A DNA stretch of 64,000 nt from an uncultured delta proteobacterium. GTDB taxonomy: Bacteria; Myxococcota; Kuafuiibacteriia; Kuafuiibacteriales; Kuafuiibacteriaceae. The notes under the pieces were generated by a model. It saw nothing but the letters and a program-made list of their open reading frames with translations. It was not told where the DNA came from and ran no database searches. Below are positions 10,436 to 18,613 of the stretch, piece after piece. Each line of letters starts with the position of its first letter. Within the stretch, counting starts at the first letter, position 1. Location of the stretch: the NCBI GenBank assembly GCA_963803435.1, contig CAWDML010000014.1, forward strand, positions 128,001 through 192,000. The letters are read 5' to 3'. Both the position numbers and the translations under genes were made by a program.

Positions 10436-12634
10436 ATGCGCAGACGCAAGCTTGCAGGGTTCTGGCTCGGTTCGATCCTACTCATCTCGTGCACCCGCAC
10501 GCCCGGGGACGTCACCACGGATCCGGGGAACGACGGACAGAACGGACAGAACGGACAGAACGGACAGGACGGGTTGAGCTCGCTGGTCCGGGTCTCGACC
10601 GAGCCGGCGGGGGTCAACTGTCCCCTGGGCGGCTCGGTGATCGAGACCGGGCTCGACCGAGATCGGGACGGCGTCCTCTCGGATGCCGAGGTCGACGCGT
10701 CCTCGTACGTGTGCCGCGACAGCAACGGCAACCTCCCGGACGTGTTCACCGTCCGCATCGAGAACATCTCGAGCGAGAGCCCGCTGCCGACGTTCCTCTC
10801 ACCCGGGATCTGGGCGGTACACGCCCCCGGCGTGGAACCGCTCTTCACCGAGGGTGAGCCGGACCGCGGGCTCGGCCTCGAGAGCCTGGCCGAGGACGGG
10901 AACCCGACGCGCATCGCCCCGGCGCTGGAGGCGGATCCGTCCGTCGGCGGATCCGGCATCTTCAACGCACCGCTGGGCGGGGGCGGCACCGGGCCGCTCT
11001 TCCCTGGACAGACCTACGAGTTCGTGGTCACCGCGTCGCCGCGCACGCCCGAGCTCTCGTTCGCCTCGATGTTCGGCCAGTCCAACGACGTCATCCTCTC
11101 GAACCGCGCCGCGATCGAGCTGTTCGACGTGAACGGCGCTCCCATCGACGCCCAGATCGCGACCCACGCCGTCGGCCTCTTCGACCTGGGCACCGAGGCC
11201 AACGAAGCCCCCGGCACCGGCCCGAACCAGGCGCCGCGCCAGCCCGCGCCCAACACCGGCCCGGGCGAGCTCGGCGTCCGCGAGTGGACCGGCAGCACGC
11301 ACGCGCTCCCGCTGGCCGACCGTCTCGTGCACCTCACCGTCGCCCAGCAGGCGAGCACGTACGTCATCACCGTCGAGAACGTCAGCGAGGTGGAGGGCGC
11401 CTTCGTGTCGCCGATCGCGCCGATCTTCTGGGCGGTCCACAGCGCCGACTTCGCGCTCTTCGCCGAGGGCGAGCCTGCGGTCGCCGGTCTCGAGATGCTG
11501 GCCGAGGACGGCTCACCGGCGCGGCTCGCCGCGGACATGGACGGCGCGCCCGGCATCCTCGCCTCCGGCACGCAGGCCGCCACCGTCGAGCTTCCCTCGC
11601 AGCCCGGACCGCTCCTCCCGGGCGCCCGTTACCAGATCGCCGTGACCCCGGACGCCGCGCATCGCTTCCTCACGCTGGCGGGGATGGTCGGTCAGACCAA
11701 CGACGCCTTCATCTCCTTCCCGCCGGCCGGCCTCGCCCTCCTCGGCGAAGACGGATCGCCGCGGCCCGCCGCCGACGTCGAGCGCGACGCCCAGAAGCTG
11801 CTCGCGATTTGGGACGCCGGCACCGAGATGAACGAGGCCCCGGGCGTGGGGCCGAACCAGGCGCCCCGGCAGAGCGCGCCCAACACCGGCGCGGCGGATC
11901 CGACGCCCGGCGTGCGCCGCTACGTCGACACCACCAACGACTTCGCACCCCCGTCCCTCGGCGGTGCGATCGACGTGTCCATCAGGCGGGACGCGATGCC
12001 GCGGACGTTTCAGATCCACATCCGCAACACCAGCGGTGGGAGCGGCTTCCCGGCGGTGCTCGGGCCGACGGCGTGGGCCACGCACGGCGCCTCGTTCGCG
12101 CTCTTCGGGATCGGGAGCTCCGCCTCCGCTGGCCTCGAGAAGCTCGCCGAGGACGGCAGCCCCAGCATCCTCGCCGAGGCGCTCGGCGCAGACGCGACCG
12201 TCTTCTCGAGCGGCGTCGCCATCCAGAGCGACGCGGGCGCCACTGGGCCGATCCACCCCGGCGAGGGCTACACCTTCACGGTGACCGTCGACCCGTCCGC
12301 ACCGCGCATCAGCATGGCGGCGATGGTGGTCCCGTCGAACGACACGTTCTGGTCGTTCGGCCCCCAAGGGATTGCGCTCCTCGACGACGCGGGCAATGAG
12401 CGCTCCGACGCGGACATCGCGGCCGACGTGGCGGCGTCCCTCCGGGCGTACGACGCCGGGACCGAGGCCAACCAGGCCGCCGCCGGCGGCCGCGACATGG
12501 CCCCGTATCAGGCCGGGCCGAACACCGGCGCCGGCGAGGGCTCGGGCCTGGTCCGCGCGCTCGACGATCCGATCTGGTCGTACCCGTCGGTCGAGCAGCT
12601 GGTCCGCCTCAGCGTCGTGCACGTCGAGCAGTAA
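10436..12634 (+). CDS. Lipoprotein with short G-Q-N repeat, Cys-containing EF-hand-like module and three Spondin_N-like domains
   Basis: LISC lipobox; EPAGVNCPLGG...GLDRDRDGVL..YVC; three copies of WA.H...LAEDG.P...M...[ST]ND...D[AL]GTE.N; GGAGG RBS. Confidence 0.8.
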   Translation: MRRRKLAGFWLGSILLISCTRTPGDVTTDPGNDGQNGQNGQNGQDGLSSLVRVSTEPAGVNCPLGGSVIETGLDRDRDGVLSDAEVDASSYVCRDSNGNLPDVFTVRIENISSESPLPTFLSPGIWAVHAPGVEPLFTEGEPDRGLGLESLAEDGNPTRIAPALEADPSVGGSGIFNAPLGGGGTGPLFPGQTYEFVVTASPRTPELSFASMFGQSNDVILSNRAAIELFDVNGAPIDAQIATHAVGLFDLGTEANEAPGTGPNQAPRQPAPNTGPGELGVREWTGSTHALPLADRLVHLTVAQQASTYVITVENVSEVEGAFVSPIAPIFWAVHSADFALFAEGEPAVAGLEMLAEDGSPARLAADMDGAPGILASGTQAATVELPSQPGPLLPGARYQIAVTPDAAHRFLTLAGMVGQTNDAFISFPPAGLALLGEDGSPRPAADVERDAQKLLAIWDAGTEMNEAPGVGPNQAPRQSAPNTGAADPTPGVRRYVDTTNDFAPPSLGGAIDVSIRRDAMPRTFQIHIRNTSGGSGFPAVLGPTAWATHGASFALFGIGSSASAGLEKLAEDGSPSILAEALGADATVFSSGVAIQSDAGATGPIHPGEGYTFTVTVDPSAPRISMAAMVVPSNDTFWSFGPQGIALLDDAGNERSDADIAADVAASLRAYDAGTEANQAAAGGRDMAPYQAGPNTGAGEGSGLVRALDDPIWSYPSVEQLVRLSVVHVEQ
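10532..10567 (+). repeat. 9-bp tandem repeat (AACGGACAG) x4 encoding a collagen-like GQN stretch
   Basis: gacggacag aacggacag aacggacag aacggacag read directly from the sequence. Confidence 0.9.
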
Positions 12635-12695
12635 CAGCGGGCGCGTCCCGAAGGAGTCCTTCTACGCTCGGCTTGCGGCCTGATCTTGCTGTCGG

Positions 12696-12765
12696 CTAGG
12701 AGCGTGTAGCGCGTAAGCGCTCACGCGACCCCGGTCCGGGTCCCGGTCCCGGTCCGGGTCCCGAT
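12696..12765 (+). repeat. Left inverted repeat containing a GGTCC[C/G] hexamer array
   Basis: ctaggagcgtgtagcgcgtaagcgctcacgcgaccccggtccgggtcccggtcccggtccgggtcccgat. Confidence 0.9.
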
Positions 12766-12785
12766 CTGAAGATGGCTGCCTTGAG

Positions 12786-14110
12786 TCAGACGCTCGCGAC
12801 GGTCGCGAGCTTCGATCGGTAGAGCTTGAGCAGGTTGTGGGTGAGGCAGACGAGCGTCCACTCGGCTCGTACCTTGAAGAAGGAGCGGAGCGAGAACCGG
12901 CGGAATCCTCGTGCCCCTTTGATCTGTCCGAGCGCCGGTTCGACGATACTCTTCCTGCGGGCGTAGACCGCCTTGCCGTCGCGCGTTTGCAACTTGTCTC
13001 GCATTCGCTTGCGAGCGAGCGAGGCAGGTGTGGGCTCCGAAGCTGATGAGGATGGAGTCGACGCGTCTTGGTTCTGTTCGCGTCCAACAGCGATGTGGGC
13101 CTCGGTCTGATTGTTGTCGCAGAATTCGATGTTGGTCGCGCTCAGATAGCCGTTGTCTGCCGTCATCTTCCGCGGAGCATCGCCGCAGTTGCCGAACACA
13201 TCACGGAGCATCGGGACGAGGTGTTGCTGATCAGGTGCCTGGTTGCTGACCCCTTCGGCGACAATCACCTGAGCGTGCTCATCTACGACAACTTGGGCAT
13301 TGTAGGCCTGGAGGTACGCTCCCTCCTTCAACATGATCCTGGTTCGAGCTGGTCAGCCTGCGCTCTTGCCTTCTCGGCTCGAGTTCTCGCTCGCTTCTGC
13401 TCCACCAGACCCGCAAGAGCATCATCCGCTTTGCTCTGCTGCTCTTCGGCTTGCCTGCGCAATTTCTCCGCGCGAGCCCTGGCGGCATCCTGTTCCAGCG
13501 CAGCCTTCGCTTCTCGAATGCGGGCAAGGCGGGATTCACGGCGAGCGAGCTCCGCTGGGATGTCCTCTTCAGTCTCTTCAACGCCCAGCCGCTCGTCTTC
13601 CTCTTGGTCGATCGTGCGCGCTCGCTCCAGCAGTTCTTCGATCTCGAGAGACAGCCGCTTCTCCTCCTCGGCCATCCGCTCGTAGGTCATCGCCTTGTGC
13701 TTGCTCGCGTTCGCCTGCACCTTCGAGCCATCGAGTGCGACGTGTTCGAGCCGCACCAAACCTGCTTTCTGGCAAAGCTTCAGGACTTCGAGGAAGAGCG
13801 CTTTCAGTGCCTCCAGGTGGACGAGCCGAAACTCGTTGATCGTCGTGAAGTGGGGATGACTTTCTCCAGCCAGCACCCGGAATGGAATGTCTTCGTAGGT
13901 CGCCCGCGCGATCCTCCGCGACGAATAGATGCCGGTGCAGTAGGCGTACAGAAGCAGCGCGATCATCATTCGAGGCGAGTACGGTCGCTCGCCTCGCGGG
14001 TCCTTCTCGGAGTCCAAGAACGGTATTGCTTCGCCACGAAACCATGGGATCAAGTCCAGGCGTCGAAGTCGATCCGCCCAACGATCGATTCCAGACGAAA
14101 CGACCTCCAA
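12786..14110 (-). pseudogene. IS1182-family transposase, split and degenerate
   Basis: KDPRGERPYSPRMM.ALLLYAY..G..SSR.I (DUF772-like), ALDGSKVQANASK, IM...AYLQAYNAQ, ADNGY, YARRKSIVEP..GQIK..RGFRRF.LR...V..EW.L....HNLLKL. Frame break near 13330; normal N-terminus not recognisable. Confidence 0.85.
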
Positions 14111-14130
14111 GAACTTCTGCTGTGGTCAAA

Positions 14131-14530
14131 GTGGACGAGCTACCGCAAGCTAGCTTGCATGGTCACTTCGATCACGAGAAGCTCGAGGTCTACCAGCTCG
14201 CCGTCGAGTATGCCGACATCGCTGAAGAGATCGCACAAGAACTGCAACCCGGTCACGCTCACGTCCGCGATCAGCTTCGGCGGGCATCCGATTCCATCGT
14301 GAACAACACCGCCGAGGGCGCCGGAGAGTTCAATCCACCTGAGAAGGCTCGCTTCTACCGGATGGCACTTCGCTCTGGCACCGAAAGCGCCGCCTCACTC
14401 CACACACACCTGCTCGAGGCGCCGACTCGCCAACGAGCAGAAGGTCCAAGCCGCCAGAGCCAAGCTCAAGCGCGTTGTCGAGATGCTCACGCGCCTCATC
14501 AAGTCGATGAACGCACGCCGGGCTGCATGA
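14131..14530 (+). CDS. Four-helix-bundle protein (23S rRNA IVP / Avd-like), frame-broken in a CA tract
   Basis: FDHEKLEVYQLA...RDQLRRASDSIVNNTAEG.G....EKARFYRMALRSGTE.AA.L; the typical C-terminus ...LKRVVEMLTRLIKS* continues in another frame after cacacacac (14401-14409). Confidence 0.85.
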
Positions 14531-14535
14531 TCGCC

Positions 14536-14604
14536 ATCGGGACCGGGACCGGGACCGGGACCCGGACCGGGCTCGCGGTAGCGCTACGCGCTACACGCTC
14601 CTAG
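14536..14604 (-). repeat. Right inverted repeat containing a (GGGACC)n array
   Basis: atcgggaccgggaccgggaccgggacccggaccgggctcgcggtagcgctacgcgctacacgctcctag. Confidence 0.9.
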
Positions 14605-15740
14605 ATCGGCTCGTCCAGCGCCTTCGCGATGTCGCTCGCCAGCATCTCCAGCGACATGAACCGCGTCGCCAGATTCCGCACCGCGGCGATCGTCGTCGAC
14701 TTCACGAACATCATCCGCGCCAGCCGGCGCGAGTCGTCCTGGATCGCCTCGACGCGCCGCTTGCGCCGCTTCACGTAGAGACGGAGCGCGTGCGGGAGGC
14801 GCGCCAGGTCGGTGCGCGACAGCTCGTCGGCGAGCACGGCCGCCGATTCGAGCGCCATCGAGGCGCCGACGCCGGCCGTGGGGAGGAAGCCGGCGGCGGC
14901 GTCGCCGAGGAGGACGACGTTGCCGCGCACCCACTCGGCGGCGCGCACGTCGGAGAGGCGCCAGAAGAACATCTCGGCGTCGTCGTCCGGGATCCGATCG
15001 AGGAGCGCCTCGGCACGCTCGCCCAGCCCGGCGAAGCGCGCGCGCAGGCGTTCGCGACGGCCCGCGCCCTGCGCGCCGAAGTCGCCCTCCATGGGCGCGC
15101 CCGCGAAGATGCCGACGCCCTTCGTGGTGGGATAGGCGCCCATGAAGCGGCCCGCACCCCAGTACTCGACGACCGTCGAGATCGGGAGCGCGGACAGATC
15201 GGCCCACCAGACCCAGCCGCCCCAGCCGGTGTGGAAGTACGGCTGATCGCCGAAGACCGTCGCGCGCACGCGTGAGTTGAGACCGTCGGCGCCCACGACG
15301 AGATCGTAGGTCTCCACCTTGCCGTCGCTGAGCGTGACCTCGACGAGATCGCCCTCGGGACGGACGTCCTCGACCGTCGTCTGGAAGCGGACCTCGAGCT
15401 CGCCCAGCCCGCTCCGGAGAAGCTCGACCAGCTGGGGTCGGGTGCAGTCGAGCACTGGGCCGAAGCGGTGCGCGATCGGCTCCATCGACCAGCTGTTGAT
15501 CGGGTCGCCGTGCCCGTCGTGAACCTCGTATGTCTTGCACTCGATCGACATGCCGGCAAAGCGCTCGTACAGACCCAGGCCGTGGAGCACGCGGTGCCCC
15601 ATCGGATAGAGGCCGAGCATGTAGCCTGCGTGCTCGAAGCTCGGCGCACGCTCCACCAGCACCGGTTGGATGCCCCACTTCTCGAGCAGGGCCGCCAGCG
15701 CCATCCCGCCGATCCCCGCCCCTGCGATCATCACTCTCAT
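14601..15740 (-). CDS. FAD-dependent monooxygenase/oxidoreductase
   Basis: GAGIGG Rossmann motif, DLVVGADG..S.VR, VVLLGDAA.G..P..G.GASMA.E.A; the stop codon lies inside the element's terminal CTAG. Confidence 0.9.
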   Translation of the reverse strand: MRVMIAGAGIGGMALAALLEKWGIQPVLVERAPSFEHAGYMLGLYPMGHRVLHGLGLYERFAGMSIECKTYEVHDGHGDPINSWSMEPIAHRFGPVLDCTRPQLVELLRSGLGELEVRFQTTVEDVRPEGDLVEVTLSDGKVETYDLVVGADGLNSRVRATVFGDQPYFHTGWGGWVWWADLSALPISTVVEYWGAGRFMGAYPTTKGVGIFAGAPMEGDFGAQGAGRRERLRARFAGLGERAEALLDRIPDDDAEMFFWRLSDVRAAEWVRGNVVLLGDAAAGFLPTAGVGASMALESAAVLADELSRTDLARLPHALRLYVKRRKRRVEAIQDDSRRLARMMFVKSTTIAAVRNLATRFMSLEMLASDIAKALDEPI

Positions 15741-15755
15741 GAGCGACCGTTAGCA

Positions 15756-15777
15756 TGATCTCATCTCGCTGAGATCA
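15756..15777. promoter_or_regulatory. Putative operator: perfect 8-bp inverted repeat TGATCTCA-N6-TGAGATCA
   Basis: Read directly, in the short intergenic region between the divergent monooxygenase and ECF sigma genes. Confidence 0.5.
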
Positions 15778-15795
15778 CTGCTGAATTCACTTTCT

Positions 15796-15824
15796 GGGGC
15801 CATTCCTTATCGGTGCGCGATCAT
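15796..15824 (+). promoter_or_regulatory. Putative autoregulatory ECF promoter GGGGCC-N16-CGATCAT
   Basis: The same motif with the same spacing recurs at 20492-20520; it lies just upstream of GTG 15833. Confidence 0.5.
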
Positions 15825-15832
15825 TGGGACAC

Positions 15833-16462
15833 GTGCTCTTGGTGGAGAACCGCGCGCTGCTCGACGGCTATCGGCGCGGTGGCCAGGACGCGCTCGGCGC
15901 GGTCTTCGAGCACTACGCGCCGCGTGTGGCGCGATGGATCACCGGCGGCTTCGACTACGTGGCCCGGGGCCAGCGGGTCCGCTTCCGCGGCTTCTCATCC
16001 CCGTACGATCAGCACGACGCGATCAGCGAGATCTTCCGCCTCGCGTTCGAGGAGCGGGCGCGCCTCGGCTATTCGGGCGTGAAGCCGTTCGAGGGCTACC
16101 TGTTCGCCATCACGAAGAACGCGGTGCTCAAGCGCATCGGCGTGCGCGAGCGGAGCCTCGGAGACGACGCGCTGGCGGGCATGGCCGCGCCCGATCCCTC
16201 GCCCGAGGAGACGGTGGCGCGGGAGGAAGAGCGCGCGATCGTGCGCCGATTTCTCGAGGAGCTGTCGGAGGAAGACCGGAGCTTCGTCGACATCCGCTTC
16301 ACCGAGCAACACTCCCAGCTCGAGGTCGCGGAGGCGCTCGGCTGGAGCCGGAAGAAGGTCCGGATCCGGGAGGAGTCGATCCGCCAGCGGCTCACCCGGT
16401 TTCTGAAACGCACGCGGGGCAAGAACGAGGTGCTGGAGGCGCTACACGATGAAGCACGTTGA
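15833..16462 (+). CDS. ECF-family RNA polymerase sigma factor
   Basis: LLDGYRRG.QDAL..VF..Y, DAISEIFRLAF, FEGYLFAITKN (region 2), SPEE, LSEEDR...SQLEVAEALG.SR..V (region 4). GTG 15833 preferred to TTG 15824. Confidence 0.88.
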   Translation: MLLVENRALLDGYRRGGQDALGAVFEHYAPRVARWITGGFDYVARGQRVRFRGFSSPYDQHDAISEIFRLAFEERARLGYSGVKPFEGYLFAITKNAVLKRIGVRERSLGDDALAGMAAPDPSPEETVAREEERAIVRRFLEELSEEDRSFVDIRFTEQHSQLEVAEALGWSRKKVRIREESIRQRLTRFLKRTRGKNEVLEALHDEAR

Positions 16463-17129
16463 TCGAGACATCGAACGGTACTTCGACGGCGGAATCCGGA
16501 CACCCGAGGCCCACGAGGCCCTGTTCGGACACCTCGATCGTTGCCCAACGTGCCGCGGCTACTTCGACGAGCTCGCGGGCGGCCACCGGCTGCTCGCCCG
16601 CGATCGCACGAGCATCCCCGCGACCGAGCTCGCGCTCCTCCTGCCGATCGTGGTGGGACGATCCGCAGCGCGGCCGGGGAGCCGCGTCCCCTCGTGGGTG
16701 TGGTCGGTGTTCGGCCCCGCGCTGGCGGCGATGTTCGCGCTCTTGTTCTTCCGGCCCACACCGGAGCTCGCGTCCAAAGGCTCCGAGGAGGCCCTGCACG
16801 CGCCGGTGGTCGAGGTGCTCTGCTTCGATCAGCGCTTCGAGGTGACGGCGCACCTCGAGCGTGACGGCGCTTGCAAGGCGCCCGGCTACGTCAAGGTCGT
16901 CTATGCTTCGCCCTGGACGGTGCCAAGCTTGACGGTGGCGGCGATCGCGGACGAAGAGCTCCGCTTCGTGGCGCGGCTGACCGAGCCGTCGCCCCGGAGC
17001 GTGGTGCCCGAATACGCGAGCCTCGACCACGGAGAGACGCTGCGGATCGTGGTCAGCACCGAGCCGATGGACGACAAAGCGCTGATGGTGAAGCGACCGT
17101 CGATCACCGTATCCGGGGTCGATCCGTGA
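16449..17129 (+). CDS. Zinc-binding (zf-HC2) membrane anti-sigma factor
   Basis: N-terminal H...HLDRCPTC, one hydrophobic TM (WVWSVFGPALAAMFALLFF) and a C-terminal extracytoplasmic domain; overlaps the sigma gene stop. Confidence 0.8.
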   Translation: MKHVDRDIERYFDGGIRTPEAHEALFGHLDRCPTCRGYFDELAGGHRLLARDRTSIPATELALLLPIVVGRSAARPGSRVPSWVWSVFGPALAAMFALLFFRPTPELASKGSEEALHAPVVEVLCFDQRFEVTAHLERDGACKAPGYVKVVYASPWTVPSLTVAAIADEELRFVARLTEPSPRSVVPEYASLDHGETLRIVVSTEPMDDKALMVKRPSITVSGVDP

Positions 17130-18611
17130 TCGCGACGCTCCTCGCCCTGGCCGCACTCACCTCGACCGCCTCGGGCGAGGCTCCGGTCCGCCGCTACGCC
17201 GTCGTCATCGGCGTGAACCGCCCGGCCAAGGCGGATCAGCGCCCGCTCAACTACGCCGACGACGACGCCGTCCGCTTCTTCGAGGTCTTCCGCGAGCTCA
17301 CCAAGGACGCGGCGCTCTTCGCGCTGCTCGACGAGCAGACGCAGCGCGAGCACCCCGGCGCCATCGCCGACGCCGAGATCCCCAACGAGGCTTTCGATCC
17401 TCGAGCGCCTCGAGCAGATGTTCGCGCGCATGAAGGCCGACGAGGCCCAGGGTCATCAGACCGAGCTCTATTTGATCTACAGCGGCCACGGCTACGTCGA
17501 TGAGCACGGCGAAGGGAACCTCGGGCTGCAGGACGGCACCTTCACGCGCAGCGAGCTCTACGACCGGGTGCTGGCGCGCTCGCCCGCCACCGTCAACCAC
17601 GTGATCATCGACGCCTGCGACGCCTACTTCTTCGTGCAGAGCCGGGGCAGCGACGCCGACGTGGAGGCGCTCCTCTCGCAGCGCGCCCGCGAGTTCCTCG
17701 ATCGACAGACGCTGGCGCGCTTCCCCAACACGGGCGCGATCCTGTCCACGGCCTCCGCCGCCGAGTCGCACGAGTGGTCCGAGATCGAGGGCGGCGTCTT
17801 CTCCCACAGCGTCCGCAGCGGCCTGCTCGGCGCGGCCGACGCCGACGGAGACGGCGCGATCTCCTACGACGAGATCGAGAGCTTCGTGCTGGCGGCCAGC
17901 GCCGGCGTGAAGCACGTCGCAGCCTCGCAGGCGATCTTCGTGCAGCCGCCCGCGCGCGATCGCAGCCACCCGGTCATCGCCCTCGACGCGGTCCGGCGCG
18001 CCCGCAGCCTCCACCTGGGCGGCGAGGTCAGCGGCCGCATGGCGCTCCTCGACGAGGAGGGACGCCGCTACCTGGATTTCAACAAGGCCGGCGGGTACGA
18101 GCTGGCGCTCCGGCTCTTGCCGGGGAGGCAGTACTTCCTGCGCCTCGGCGAGGCCGAGTACCGGGTGCCGCCCGGTGAGGCCGACGTGATGTTCGCGGCG
18201 CTGACGCCCGAGCGTCCCTCGCTGGCCTCGCGCGGCGCCGGCGTGGCGGACGCCTACAGCAAGGGCCTGTTCTCCCTGCCGTACGGGCCCCAGGTGCTGA
18301 TGGGTTTCAAGCTTCGCCCCGAGCAGGTCGAGCTGCGGCTCCTCGACCGGACGGGCCCCAGCGGGCTCGCGATCGCGGGCTTCGCGACCGGCGGCGCCGC
18401 ACTGATCGCCGGGGCCGTCGCCGTCACCACCCACGTCTTCGGGAACCGCGCGCACACCGACTACGAGAACGCGATGGACCTGGCCGAGGTCAACCGGCTC
18501 GACGCGCGGATCCGGACCTTCGACGGCGCCACCAACATCGCGATCGGGACCGCGCTCTCGCTCGGCCTCACCTCGGCGGTCCTGTTCCTCGTCGAGTGGT
18601 TGGGAGACTGA
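17126..18611 (+). CDS. Exported caspase-family (C14, metacaspase-like) protease with C-terminal membrane segments; +1 frameshift near 17392
   Basis: Signal peptide MIATLLALAAL, RYAVVIGVN, LNYADDDA, YSGHG (His), IIDAC (Cys), ESHEWSEIEGGVFSH..RSGL.GAADADGDG; GTGA overlap with the anti-sigma gene. Confidence 0.85.
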
Positions 18612-18613
18612 TC

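Larger units (their letters stand above)
12696..14604. mobile_element. IS1182-derived element with ~70 bp terminal inverted repeats, CTAG ends and a four-helix-bundle passenger gene
   Basis: 12696-12765 is a near-perfect reverse complement of 14536-14604, and both end in CTAG. It encloses IS1182-type transposase remnants and is visibly more AT-rich than its flanks. Confidence 0.85.

Noticed and set aside
12728-14572. CRISPR array or diversity-generating retroelement suggested by repeats plus an Avd-like gene
   Set aside because: The repeats are spacerless hexamers, and no cas gene, reverse transcriptase or TR/VR pair is visible in the window.
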